Shown here in pieces: positions 41,197-49,764 of a DNA stretch of 64,000 nt. The notes under the pieces were generated by a model, which was not told the origin of the DNA, ran no database searches, and worked only from the letters and a program-made list of their open reading frames with translations. A program made the position numbers and the translations under genes. Position 1 is the stretch's first letter. Each line of letters begins with the position of its first letter. Source of the stretch: Kangiella sp. HD9-110m-PIT-SAG07 (GTDB taxonomy: Bacteria; Pseudomonadota; Gammaproteobacteria; Enterobacterales; Kangiellaceae); NCBI GenBank assembly GCA_003370465.1, contig QQTG01000031.1:52551-116550 (forward strand), given 5' to 3'.

Positions 41197-43266
41197 TTAG
41201 TCGTCTTTTTCTTCCGACTTATCTTCCGCGTTTATTTCTTCTAACGTTTTCTCATGCTGTAAGTCGTAGGCAGGTGGTTCACCGCCATCACCTTTCAAAT
41301 AATGATCCATCCAACGAACTAGACGCAACGAGTAATCATACTGGCCCGCAGCTTTACGGTTACCGTGACCTTCGCCAGGGTAAAGCACCAAACGTACTGG
41401 AGCTTGGCCTAGAGTCTTCACGTAACGATACAACTCCATTGATTGTGACGGGTGAACACGCGTATCCGAGTCGCCGTGCATTATCAACAAAGGCGTTTTA
41501 GCATTTTTCACGTGATAGATAGGGCTTGTTTCCAACATCCACTGGAAATCATCCCAAGGCCATGCACGAGCGTGTACCGCGTGCATTTCGTTAGGGATAT
41601 CCGTGGTGCCGAACTTCGATAGCTGGTTAGAAATACCCACGAACATAACTGCTGCGGCATAGTGTTCGGATAATTTTGTTGCCGACCAAGCTGTCGCATA
41701 ACCACCATAAGAGCCACCAGTGATTCCAACCTTATCGCCATCGACCATGCCTTCTTCAACTAATGCCAACTTACCATCGAGAATATCGGTAAACTCCGGA
41801 TCGGCGTATGCATGTTGATCCAACCGAGCAAACTCATCACCTCGACCTGTGCTACCGCGATAGTTCGGAATAAAGGCGAAATATCCTTTTGCAGCTACCG
41901 CCTGGATAGGATCAGCATAGCGCGTATTCCAACCATTAGAACGATGCGCTTCTGGGCCGCCATGGATAAAGGCGATCATCGGGTAAGACTCACCGTCTTC
42001 GTAATCCAACGGGTAGACAAGAACACCTTGGATCTTCAAGCCATCACGCGCTTCATATTCATACGCTTCTTGCTTGGCTAACTCAACCTCATCCAACCAA
42101 GTATTAGAGTTGGTTAAACGTTGCATGCCAGCGCCAGTAATCGCAAATAGTTCACGGGGATGGTTCGCTGTATCTGCAAGTACGTAAACCGCACCGCTAT
42201 TAGCAACGGATAGACTGCGCTGGATGCCATTGCCATAATCAACCAAAGGCATCGCCGCGATACGACGTTTTACAGCAGCTTTAACGACGCGACTTTCTAA
42301 GCCTTTATGCTCGATATAAATCAGGTCGTCGTTGTGCCACTCAACATCCATCACATGGCTGCTATCATTGGTTACACGCTTGGAAACTGTTTCGTCATCA
42401 AGGTTCGCAATGTACAAAGCACCAGCGGTTGGATCGTTATAGTCATTCGCACCAATAAACGCGATGTTTTCACCATCCGTTGACCAAACAGCTTTACCTT
42501 GCTTACCTTCAGTTTTGAACTTAGCAACCACGTCACCTTCTAAATCAATAACTTGAAGTTTTTTCTTCATGTAAATATCATCGATTAAAGGTGTTGGAGA
42601 AACTTGCACCAGAAGCTGATCATTAACTGGACTGAATTTTGCGCTAATAACGCTTCCTTCGATATCTAGCTTCACAGGTTCTGCATCGTCATTGTTCAGC
42701 GAGTAAGACCAAGCGTGAACATTCTGGATATCTTCTTCATAAACATTAGCTTGGAAACCTTTCTGAACTAGCTGCTCTTTATGATCAGGAGCGCCTTCTT
42801 TTGCGATGAAGACTAATTTGTTTCCAGTACTATTTAATGAATAGCTCAGGATGTTGTTGTCAATACCCACAACTTTCTGCGACTCACCACCATCAACAGG
42901 AATACTGTAAACACCTGCAAAAGTATCGTCGTTACGCATCGCGATGTAGTAAATACGGGCGCTGTCGCTAGACCAGCGAACAGATCCGATATTAACTTTA
43001 CCGGTAATAAAAGGTTTAGCTTCGCCACCGATTGGTTTTACGTACAGCTCTGACCAAGCGGCGCCGTCATCTTCAACATAAGGCTCACGCTTGTGGCTTT
43101 TAGTGTATGCCACCCATTTGCCATTCGGTGAAACCTGAGCGGAACGGACCGACTCAATTTTTGCAATATCTTCAAGTGTTAAGCCTTTATTTTCAGCAGC
43201 TTGGCTCGAATCGGAACCTATAGCGCCAAACAAAGACACCCCCATGAAAAATAGTATTTTTTTCAT
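41197..43266 (-). CDS. S9 family exported peptidase
   Basis: Beta-propeller; HGGP, NYRGSTG, GGSYGG, DTRV, EGHG catalytic triad. Confidence 0.93.
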   Translation of the reverse strand: MKKILFFMGVSLFGAIGSDSSQAAENKGLTLEDIAKIESVRSAQVSPNGKWVAYTKSHKREPYVEDDGAAWSELYVKPIGGEAKPFITGKVNIGSVRWSSDSARIYYIAMRNDDTFAGVYSIPVDGGESQKVVGIDNNILSYSLNSTGNKLVFIAKEGAPDHKEQLVQKGFQANVYEEDIQNVHAWSYSLNNDDAEPVKLDIEGSVISAKFSPVNDQLLVQVSPTPLIDDIYMKKKLQVIDLEGDVVAKFKTEGKQGKAVWSTDGENIAFIGANDYNDPTAGALYIANLDDETVSKRVTNDSSHVMDVEWHNDDLIYIEHKGLESRVVKAAVKRRIAAMPLVDYGNGIQRSLSVANSGAVYVLADTANHPRELFAITGAGMQRLTNSNTWLDEVELAKQEAYEYEARDGLKIQGVLVYPLDYEDGESYPMIAFIHGGPEAHRSNGWNTRYADPIQAVAAKGYFAFIPNYRGSTGRGDEFARLDQHAYADPEFTDILDGKLALVEEGMVDGDKVGITGGSYGGYATAWSATKLSEHYAAAVMFVGISNQLSKFGTTDIPNEMHAVHARAWPWDDFQWMLETSPIYHVKNAKTPLLIMHGDSDTRVHPSQSMELYRYVKTLGQAPVRLVLYPGEGHGNRKAAGQYDYSLRLVRWMDHYLKGDGGEPPAYDLQHEKTLEEINAEDKSEEKDD

Positions 43267-43424
43267 ACAACTCTCTGTTTTCTGGATTTCAGTTAGGATA
43301 GTAAAAAATGTGAAATAGGTCTAGGCTGGTTTGTGAGTTAAACTAAAAATAACTCATTTACGATGTTACAAACTGTTACAATTGCCATATGGCAAAACAT
43401 ATTAGCCTGAATTAAAGTACACAT

Positions 43425-43526
43425 GGACACAACGGTTAACTACCCCCTAACTGTGTGTTCGCTTCTCAAAATATCTCCTTCTCATTTTGAGACGCAATTT
43501 TTAGCCCCCGTATTGGGGGCTTTTTT
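43425..43526 (+). ncRNA. Candidate trans-acting sRNA (two C-rich-loop hairpins plus terminator)
   Basis: Three consecutive stem-loops; terminator U-tract only on +, opposite both flanking genes. Confidence 0.6.
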
Positions 43527-43592
43527 ATGCCTTGTCCTTTATGTGTAAGCGATGCCCTAGCCCCATCGTGTCATGCTTTTGTATAACTCGGC

Positions 43593-43856
43593 TTATTTCT
43601 TAAGCTGCATCCTGACACAAGCATCAAAGATCGGACGATAAATCGACTGTAATTCGTCACGCTCGAAATATTGACCGTGTCGCTGATATAAACGATTAAC
43701 AATAGCCTCTTCTCTTTCTGGAATTCTTGCGGTAAGCCCGCGCGCACCTTTTATGGCGATAAGAGACTGCACTAACTCGGCTCGTTCTTCGATGAGTTGA
43801 ACTAACTTTTCATCAACATCATCAATACTTGCCCGGATGGCTTCTAATGAACTCAT
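43593..43856 (-). CDS. Stand-alone AroQ chorismate mutase (87 aa)
   Basis: LEAIRASIDDVD...EER...IK...PERE...RMQ keeps the R11/R28/K39/R51/E52/Q88 equivalents. Confidence 0.85.
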   Translation of the reverse strand: MSSLEAIRASIDDVDEKLVQLIEERAELVQSLIAIKGARGLTARIPEREEAIVNRLYQRHGQYFERDELQSIYRPIFDACVRMQLKK

Positions 43857-43948
43857 ACTATCTTTTCTGCCCAATAAATCATGGTAACCTCCTATTATTA
43901 TAGTAGAATTACGCCAACTGTGTTGAAACAAACCAAACAAATCGGTTT

Positions 43949-44677
43949 ATGAGCAAAAAAGACAATATTTACGCTAGTCAGCTTGAGCAAGTCGGTTCTT
44001 TTAACTTCGACCAAAAAGTCGTCGAAGTTTTCCCTGACATGATTAAACGCTCGGTTCCAGGCTATACAGCAATCATTGACGGTATTGGCCAGCTTGCAAA
44101 GAAGTACGTCCAACCTAACACCGTCATTTATGATCTCGGTTGTTCACTAGGTGCAGCGACCTTATCCATTCGTGAAGCTGTCAACGATGAAAGCTGCACC
44201 ATTAAAGCTTTGGACAATTCATCGGCAATGATCGAACGCTGTCGATTAATTCAGTCGGGTTACAATTTCTCCATGCCTGTCGAGGTCGTTGAAGCTGACA
44301 TTAACGATGTCGAATTTAAGAACGCTAGCTTTGTCGTCTTGAACTTTACGCTCCAGTTTCTACCTCGGGAACAGCGCCAAACTCTCCTTGATAAACTGTA
44401 TCAGGGATTAAATAAAGGCGGAGTTCTAGTCTTATCTGAAAAGCTCACGATGGGCTCCACTGGATTAGACGCCAACATTATTGATATTCACCATGACTTT
44501 AAAAAAGACAATGGCTACAGCGATATGGAAATCGCACAAAAGCGCGCAGCCCTAGAAAACGTCTTGATTCCAGATACTCGTGAGCAACATTATCAACGCT
44601 TCGAAAACGCTGGCTTTAGTCAATATGACACTTGGTTCCAGCACTACAATTTCGCATCATTTATAGCCGTAAAATAA
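43949..44677 (+). CDS. cmoA: Carboxy-SAM synthase
   Basis: FPDMIKRSVPGY, YDLGCSLG, LNFTLQFL, QKRAALENV. Confidence 0.96.
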   Translation: MSKKDNIYASQLEQVGSFNFDQKVVEVFPDMIKRSVPGYTAIIDGIGQLAKKYVQPNTVIYDLGCSLGAATLSIREAVNDESCTIKALDNSSAMIERCRLIQSGYNFSMPVEVVEADINDVEFKNASFVVLNFTLQFLPREQRQTLLDKLYQGLNKGGVLVLSEKLTMGSTGLDANIIDIHHDFKKDNGYSDMEIAQKRAALENVLIPDTREQHYQRFENAGFSQYDTWFQHYNFASFIAVK

Positions 44678-44678
44678 T

Positions 44679-45674
44679 ATGTTTAGTTTTAATGATACTT
44701 ACAACGCCATCGAAAATACTCGCCTTCATCCTTGGGCAGAGCAATTTAAACAAGCAGTTCATAAACGTATGGCCGATTACACCCACGGCAATATTACTCA
44801 ATGGATTGAGCTATTAAAGCAACTACCCGATATTACGCCGGATCATATCGACATCACCAATAAAGTGTCGATTGGAAGCCGTCAGCAGCTGTCTGATAGT
44901 GAGTTTGAACAATTAGAGCAGCTGCTAAAGCAATTCCATCCTTGGCGAAAAGGGCCATATCACCTTTTTGGACAACATATTGATACCGAATGGCGCTCTG
45001 ATTGGAAATGGGATCGCGTGAAGAATCACATTAGTCCTCTGAAAGACAGGATCGTGTTAGATGTCGGCTGTGGTAATGGCTACCACTGCTGGAGAATGGC
45101 GGCGCAAGAACCTAAGCTAGTGTTAGGGATAGACCCATCGCAACTATTTCTTATGCAGTTCGCCATCATGCAACAGTATCTATCTGACTACCCAGTGCAT
45201 TACTTACCTGTTGGCCTTGAGTACATGCCTCAAAATATGGGCAAACAAGGCTTTGACACCATATTTTCGATGGGTGTTCTGTATCATCGCCGCTCGCCAA
45301 TCGATCATATTCTTCATCTAAAAAACCTACTGAAACCCGGTGGCGAGTTAGTATTAGAAACGCTGGTAATTGATGGCGAAGACGATCAATGTTTAATCCC
45401 TAACGATCGTTATGCGCAAATGAACAATGTTTGGTTCATTCCAACCACTGGCATGCTGCAAAATTGGATGCGCAAATGTGGCCTAGAAAACGTTCAGGTA
45501 GCGAATGTCTCTACCACCAGCACTGAAGAACAGCGCGCCACTGACTGGATGACCTTCCAATCACTCGATGACTATCTCGATCCGCATGACAAGGGTTCAA
45601 CCATAGAAGGCTACCCAGCACCTAAGCGAGCATTTATGGTCGCGCAAAAGCCTCTGCATAAGAATAAGAAGTAA
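44679..45674 (+). CDS. cmoB: tRNA U34 carboxymethyltransferase
   Basis: PWRKGP, IDTEWRSDWKW, SMGVLYHRRSP, TIEGYPAP. Confidence 0.96.
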   Translation: MFSFNDTYNAIENTRLHPWAEQFKQAVHKRMADYTHGNITQWIELLKQLPDITPDHIDITNKVSIGSRQQLSDSEFEQLEQLLKQFHPWRKGPYHLFGQHIDTEWRSDWKWDRVKNHISPLKDRIVLDVGCGNGYHCWRMAAQEPKLVLGIDPSQLFLMQFAIMQQYLSDYPVHYLPVGLEYMPQNMGKQGFDTIFSMGVLYHRRSPIDHILHLKNLLKPGGELVLETLVIDGEDDQCLIPNDRYAQMNNVWFIPTTGMLQNWMRKCGLENVQVANVSTTSTEEQRATDWMTFQSLDDYLDPHDKGSTIEGYPAPKRAFMVAQKPLHKNKK

Positions 45675-45678
45675 CAGT

Positions 45679-46353
45679 ATGTCGGATAAAAATTACCATA
45701 TAGTACCCTTTTGCCCAGCTCCTGTGCAGATTATTAAGCCCAATAAGAACTTCTTGTTTGTCGCCAAACCAGCAGGCTTACTGACCATTCCCGGGCGACA
45801 TGAAGAAAATAAAGACTGCCTTATTACTAGGTTACAAAACCACCCTAAATCCCCAACAGCTACAGTGGTTCATCGTCTTGATATGGCGACCTCTGGAGTC
45901 ATGGTGGTAGCGCTCAGTAAAATGGCACATCGAGAAATCAGCCGTCAATTTGAAAACCGTGAAACGCAAAAGCACTATATTGCAGTGGTTGATGGTTTAG
46001 TCGACAAAGACCATGGTGTTATTGATAAACCAATGATTGCAGACTGGCCGAACCGACCAAAACAAAAAATTGATTATGACGATGGTAAAAAAGCAGTGAC
46101 CGAATGGCAAGTGCTAGAAAGAAATGTAGAAAATAACTGTACGCGTCTTAAACTCACGCCAATAACCGGCAGAAGCCACCAATTACGTTTACACTGCCTT
46201 GAACTAGGCCACCCTATTTTAGGCTGTAACTTGTACGCCAAAGATGGCTCCGAACACAAAGCCTCAAGACTGTTACTCCATGCAGAGTCACTCACTATTG
46301 CCGATCCCAAATCAGGAAAAACAGTAACAGCTCAAGTACCCTGCACTTTTTAG
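45679..46353 (+). CDS. rluA: RluA family pseudouridine synthase
   Basis: VHRLDMATSG, PITGRSHQLR. Confidence 0.9.
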   Translation: MSDKNYHIVPFCPAPVQIIKPNKNFLFVAKPAGLLTIPGRHEENKDCLITRLQNHPKSPTATVVHRLDMATSGVMVVALSKMAHREISRQFENRETQKHYIAVVDGLVDKDHGVIDKPMIADWPNRPKQKIDYDDGKKAVTEWQVLERNVENNCTRLKLTPITGRSHQLRLHCLELGHPILGCNLYAKDGSEHKASRLLLHAESLTIADPKSGKTVTAQVPCTF

Positions 46354-46354
46354 C

Positions 46355-46383
46355 TTGATAAAAAAACCAAGACTTGTCAGAAT
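46355..46383 (+). promoter_or_regulatory. Putative tRNA promoter
   Basis: TTGATA-N17-CAGAAT followed by a GC-rich discriminator. Confidence 0.55.
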
Positions 46384-46434
46384 ATCGCCGTCTAATCGCG
46401 GGGCTAAGTTTAGATAGAACAGCCTAACGACTCC

Positions 46435-46489
46435 GCACCCGTAGCTGGGTCTGCCCCGTCTTCGATAGAAGACAAGGGTGCAGTTGGAT
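46435..46489 (+). pseudogene. Duplicated 5' end of tRNA-Arg(CCG) interrupted by a 34-nt hairpin
   Basis: GCACCCGTAGCT [34 nt] CAGTTGGAT matches tRNA nt 1-21. Confidence 0.7.
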
Positions 46490-46558
46490 TTGGAGCGAAG
46501 CTCCAATAAAGATCATCAGTTTAAGAGTTAACTTACTGGTGAGCATCGATTAAAATAC

Positions 46559-46635
46559 GCACCCGTAGCTCAGTTGGATAGAGCGTCGCCCTCCGGAGGC
46601 GAAGGTCGCAGGTTCGACTCCTGCCGGGTGCGCCA
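46559..46635 (+). tRNA. tRNA-Arg (CCG)
   Basis: 77-nt cloverleaf, anticodon CCG, GGTTCGACTCC, encoded CCA. Confidence 0.98.
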
Positions 46636-46654
46636 ATATTCGAAAGCCTTCTGT

Positions 46655-47125
46655 TTAAAGCGTTTCGGCTACTTGCTTAAAGTGCTCGACCGCTTTATCT
46701 ACAGCTTCTTTTACCTCATCTTGGTATTGCGCTTCCAGAATCATCATTTCTTGAGTAAATTTCATCTGCTGATGTTTTTCTAATTCAGTCCAAGCTTGGT
46801 GTGTTGGAATATGCTCCGTTTTATCGTAAATCGTATAGAAAATGGCGAACGGCTCTCTACTCTTTTCATCCATTCTTAGCTGGTCGATCAAAACTTTTAG
46901 ACGGATACAGCCTTCTATCGTGGGGCACTGTCCCTGCTGCATCGTTTTTGAAATCGACACAATACTATCAACAACAAAAATCATTTGAGCATGGTATTTC
47001 TCGGAAGACTTCTTTTTAGCTGCCGCGTGAAGTGCTTTTTGCCTTCTCAGTTTAAACAGTAAATAAGCCGCATAAGTAATAAGAACAAGCGTTACAAAAG
47101 ATGCAATATAATAAAAAGTAGTCAT
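46655..47125 (-). CDS. DUF2489 family protein
   Basis: N-terminal TM, QC..EGCIRLKVL, HIPTH. Confidence 0.8.
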   Translation of the reverse strand: MTTFYYIASFVTLVLITYAAYLLFKLRRQKALHAAAKKKSSEKYHAQMIFVVDSIVSISKTMQQGQCPTIEGCIRLKVLIDQLRMDEKSREPFAIFYTIYDKTEHIPTHQAWTELEKHQQMKFTQEMMILEAQYQDEVKEAVDKAVEHFKQVAETL

Positions 47126-47292
47126 ATATTATTCCGACAATACAATCCAAGTAATTAGGTTACTAGTAAGACTTGGAGCTAGGATACATTTATTCATTAC
47201 GCTTTAACAGCACAGCGCACTAACCACGTATTCTTCAGCTTATAACTAAATAAGCATTGACTTATTTTTACCGTTAGAGTTACTATCGAGAC

Positions 47293-47367
47293 ATGAACTT
47301 AAGAGCACAGCAATATTATTTTTACTTTTTTACTCCGTATTCTTCGGGAGGGGCTGTGTTCGCTTAG
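47293..47367 (+). CDS. pheL: Attenuator leader peptide MNLRAQQYYFYFFTPYSSGGAVFA
   Basis: Run of Tyr/Phe codons upstream of pheA; not in the ORF track. Confidence 0.88.
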   Translation: MNLRAQQYYFYFFTPYSSGGAVFA

Positions 47368-47390
47368 TGAAAAAGTAAAGAGAACAACCT

Positions 47391-47419
47391 AAAACCTCCC
47401 AACTGGGAGGTTTTTTTTT
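47391..47419 (+). terminator. Attenuator terminator
   Basis: AAAACCTCCC-AACT-GGGAGGTTTTTTTTT; GGGAGG at 47346-47351 can form the antiterminator. Confidence 0.9.
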
Positions 47420-47456
47420 GCCTGAATATATGTCATTGAACTAATAGGATAAAAAG

Positions 47457-48674
47457 ATGAGTGATCAAACCAGCTCAACAAATCAGGGGCCACAAGATCT
47501 AGACAACCTCCGGAGTTCGATCGGTCGATTAGATGAGGAGTTACTAAAAATATTTGCCGAACGACGTAAGCTAAGTCTTGCGGTTGCGGCAAATAAGCTA
47601 ACTTCAAATAAGAAAGTCAGAGATCAGGCTCAGGAGAAAAATCTTCTGACAAACCTTACTAACAAAGGCCAAGATCTTGGAATAGATCCCAGTGTCACTT
47701 TAAGCTTGTTCCACAATATTATTGAGGACTCAGTCCGAAGTCAGTATGACTTTTTCCTAGAAAATAGCTCAGCAGAATCTTTAGAGCCATTGAGGCTTGC
47801 GGTATTGGGTGAGGCGGACTCTTATAGTCACATTGCGGCACAACAACATTTTGCGACTAAAAAGCGCCGCTTTGTCCCAGAGCACTGCTCTAGTTTCTTA
47901 TCGATATTCAAGTCAATAGAATCCAAAGATGCCAATATTGGCATCGTTCCTATTGAGAACACTACTGCCGGAAACATTACGGAAGTTTACGATCTGCTGC
48001 TGCAATACAAGCTTCATATTGTTGGTGAGGAGAAGTTAAAAGTTAAGCACTGTTTAGTGGCACCCAAAGGCGCGTCTCTCGATACCATTAAAGATATTTA
48101 CTCTCACCCACAGGCGATTGCTCAATGTAAAAGTTTCTTCAACCAACACCCTGACATCAACAGCCATTTTCGAAGCAGTACTAGCTCTGCGCTTAAATTA
48201 GTTACTGAATATCAGAATCCAAGCATCGCAGCGATCGCCAGCGAACAAGCAGCCGAAAATTCTGGATTAGAAGTTCTCAGTTATGGCATTAACAACTACC
48301 AGGAGAACTACACACGTTTTTTACTGATCGCCAAACAAAGCATTGAAGTCCCGAGCGCCATACCTGCGAAAACAACCATAACACTTCAGACCGAACAGAA
48401 ACCGGGAGCGCTACTGGACTGCCTACAGGTCTTTAAAAGTCACGGAATAAACATGACTAAACTAGAGTCGCGCCCCATTCCGACTAAGCCATGGCAAGAG
48501 TTGTTTTACATAGACTTTGAGGGTAACCCGTCAGATTTAATGATTGAAAAAGCAATTATCGAACTTAAACAGACTGCGTCTGAGGTATCCGTTTTAGGCA
48601 CTTATCCCATGCACGATATTCTCGCAACCAAACTTGATCATCATGCATTAAGCAATCAATTTAACCATATTTGA
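47457..48674 (+). CDS. pheA: Chorismate mutase / prephenate dehydratase
   Basis: AroQ domain, VPIENT, SHPQA, NYTRF, KLESRP (ACT). Confidence 0.95.
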   Translation: MSDQTSSTNQGPQDLDNLRSSIGRLDEELLKIFAERRKLSLAVAANKLTSNKKVRDQAQEKNLLTNLTNKGQDLGIDPSVTLSLFHNIIEDSVRSQYDFFLENSSAESLEPLRLAVLGEADSYSHIAAQQHFATKKRRFVPEHCSSFLSIFKSIESKDANIGIVPIENTTAGNITEVYDLLLQYKLHIVGEEKLKVKHCLVAPKGASLDTIKDIYSHPQAIAQCKSFFNQHPDINSHFRSSTSSALKLVTEYQNPSIAAIASEQAAENSGLEVLSYGINNYQENYTRFLLIAKQSIEVPSAIPAKTTITLQTEQKPGALLDCLQVFKSHGINMTKLESRPIPTKPWQELFYIDFEGNPSDLMIEKAIIELKQTASEVSVLGTYPMHDILATKLDHHALSNQFNHI

Positions 48675-48685
48675 AGGACGGAACC

Positions 48686-49714
48686 ATGACCGCACCTAAC
48701 CAAACGATTAACAACACAAACATTAATCGGCTAGATTTATTGTTAACGCCAGAGGCTTTAAAAATTAAAGTGCCTCTTACAGAGAAAGCTGCCAATACAG
48801 TGATAAATGGTCGAGCAAGCATTCAAAACATTTTAGATGGTAAAGATGACCGTATTCTCGTAATTTCAGGCCCCTGCTCTATTCATGATATTGATAGCGC
48901 TAAAGAGTATGCTCAGCGTCTAAAAAAACAGCATGACGAATTATCTGACAAACTATTTATTGTGATGAGAACCTATTTCGAGAAACCTAGAACTAACGTC
49001 GGCTGGAAAGGGTTAATTAACGATCCCAACCTAGATGGTTCCAATGATATGAACCTAGGTTTAAGCAAAGCTAGAGAACTGTTGGCTTGGATTGCTGAGC
49101 TAGGACTACCAACAGCGACAGAAGCTCTAGATCCCGTAACCCCACAGTATATTGCCGACTTAATTAGTTGGTCTGCCGTTGGTGCGAGAACGACCGAATC
49201 ACAAACTCATAGGGAAATGGCTTCCGGTTTATCAATGCCCGTTGGCTTTAAGAATAGCACTGACGGCTCTTTAACCGCAGCAGTAAACGCTATTATCAGT
49301 GCGCAATCGCCACACACTTTTATCGGCATAGACAATGGAGGCAACACAGCCTTACTACATACGAATGGCAACCCATACTCACACATCATTTTGCGCGGTG
49401 GTAAAAGACCAAACTATGACGCTAAAAGTGTTAGTGCTTGTATTTCAAACCTCATTGATGCCAATATCAATCCACGAATCATCATTGATGCAAGCCATGG
49501 TAATTCGAGTAAAGATTTCACCAAGCAGCCTGTTGTAGCAAAAGATGTCATGTCACAAATCAAGGCTGGTAACAGCACTATCAAAGGTATTATGTTAGAG
49601 AGTCATTTAATAGAAGGAAATCAGAAGCTATCGAGCAACCTTGCCTATGGACAGTCGATTACTGATAGTTGCATTGGCTGGGAAGATACTCAAAATTTAT
49701 TGCAGTCGCTATAA
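48686..49714 (+). CDS. Class I-alpha DAHP synthase (AroF/G/H type)
   Basis: GPCSIHD, YFEKPRT, GARTTESQTHR, DASHGNS, SITDSC. Confidence 0.95.
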   Translation: MTAPNQTINNTNINRLDLLLTPEALKIKVPLTEKAANTVINGRASIQNILDGKDDRILVISGPCSIHDIDSAKEYAQRLKKQHDELSDKLFIVMRTYFEKPRTNVGWKGLINDPNLDGSNDMNLGLSKARELLAWIAELGLPTATEALDPVTPQYIADLISWSAVGARTTESQTHREMASGLSMPVGFKNSTDGSLTAAVNAIISAQSPHTFIGIDNGGNTALLHTNGNPYSHIILRGGKRPNYDAKSVSACISNLIDANINPRIIIDASHGNSSKDFTKQPVVAKDVMSQIKAGNSTIKGIMLESHLIEGNQKLSSNLAYGQSITDSCIGWEDTQNLLQSL

Positions 49715-49738
49715 AAAAGGCCGGAAAAACCGGCCTTT
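49713..49738. terminator. Intrinsic terminator between convergent genes
   Basis: AAAAAAGGCCGG-AAAAA-CCGGCCTTT. Confidence 0.75.
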
Positions 49739-49764
49739 CATTTTTGTAACTAATGTTTTGGGTA

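Noticed and set aside
43390-43406. Sigma54 promoter TGGCA...GC
   Set aside because: GG to GC spacing is 2 nt too long
43423-43548. 41-codon plus-strand ORF over the sRNA candidate
   Set aside because: No RBS and it runs through the terminator
43857-43940. N-terminal extension of the chorismate mutase in the ORF track
   Set aside because: The AroQ fold starts at MSSLEAIR and the extension would cover the divergent promoter region
46381-46558. 6S RNA or riboswitch upstream of tRNA-Arg(CCG)
   Set aside because: No long closing stem or recognisable aptamer; explained by the tRNA 5' duplication
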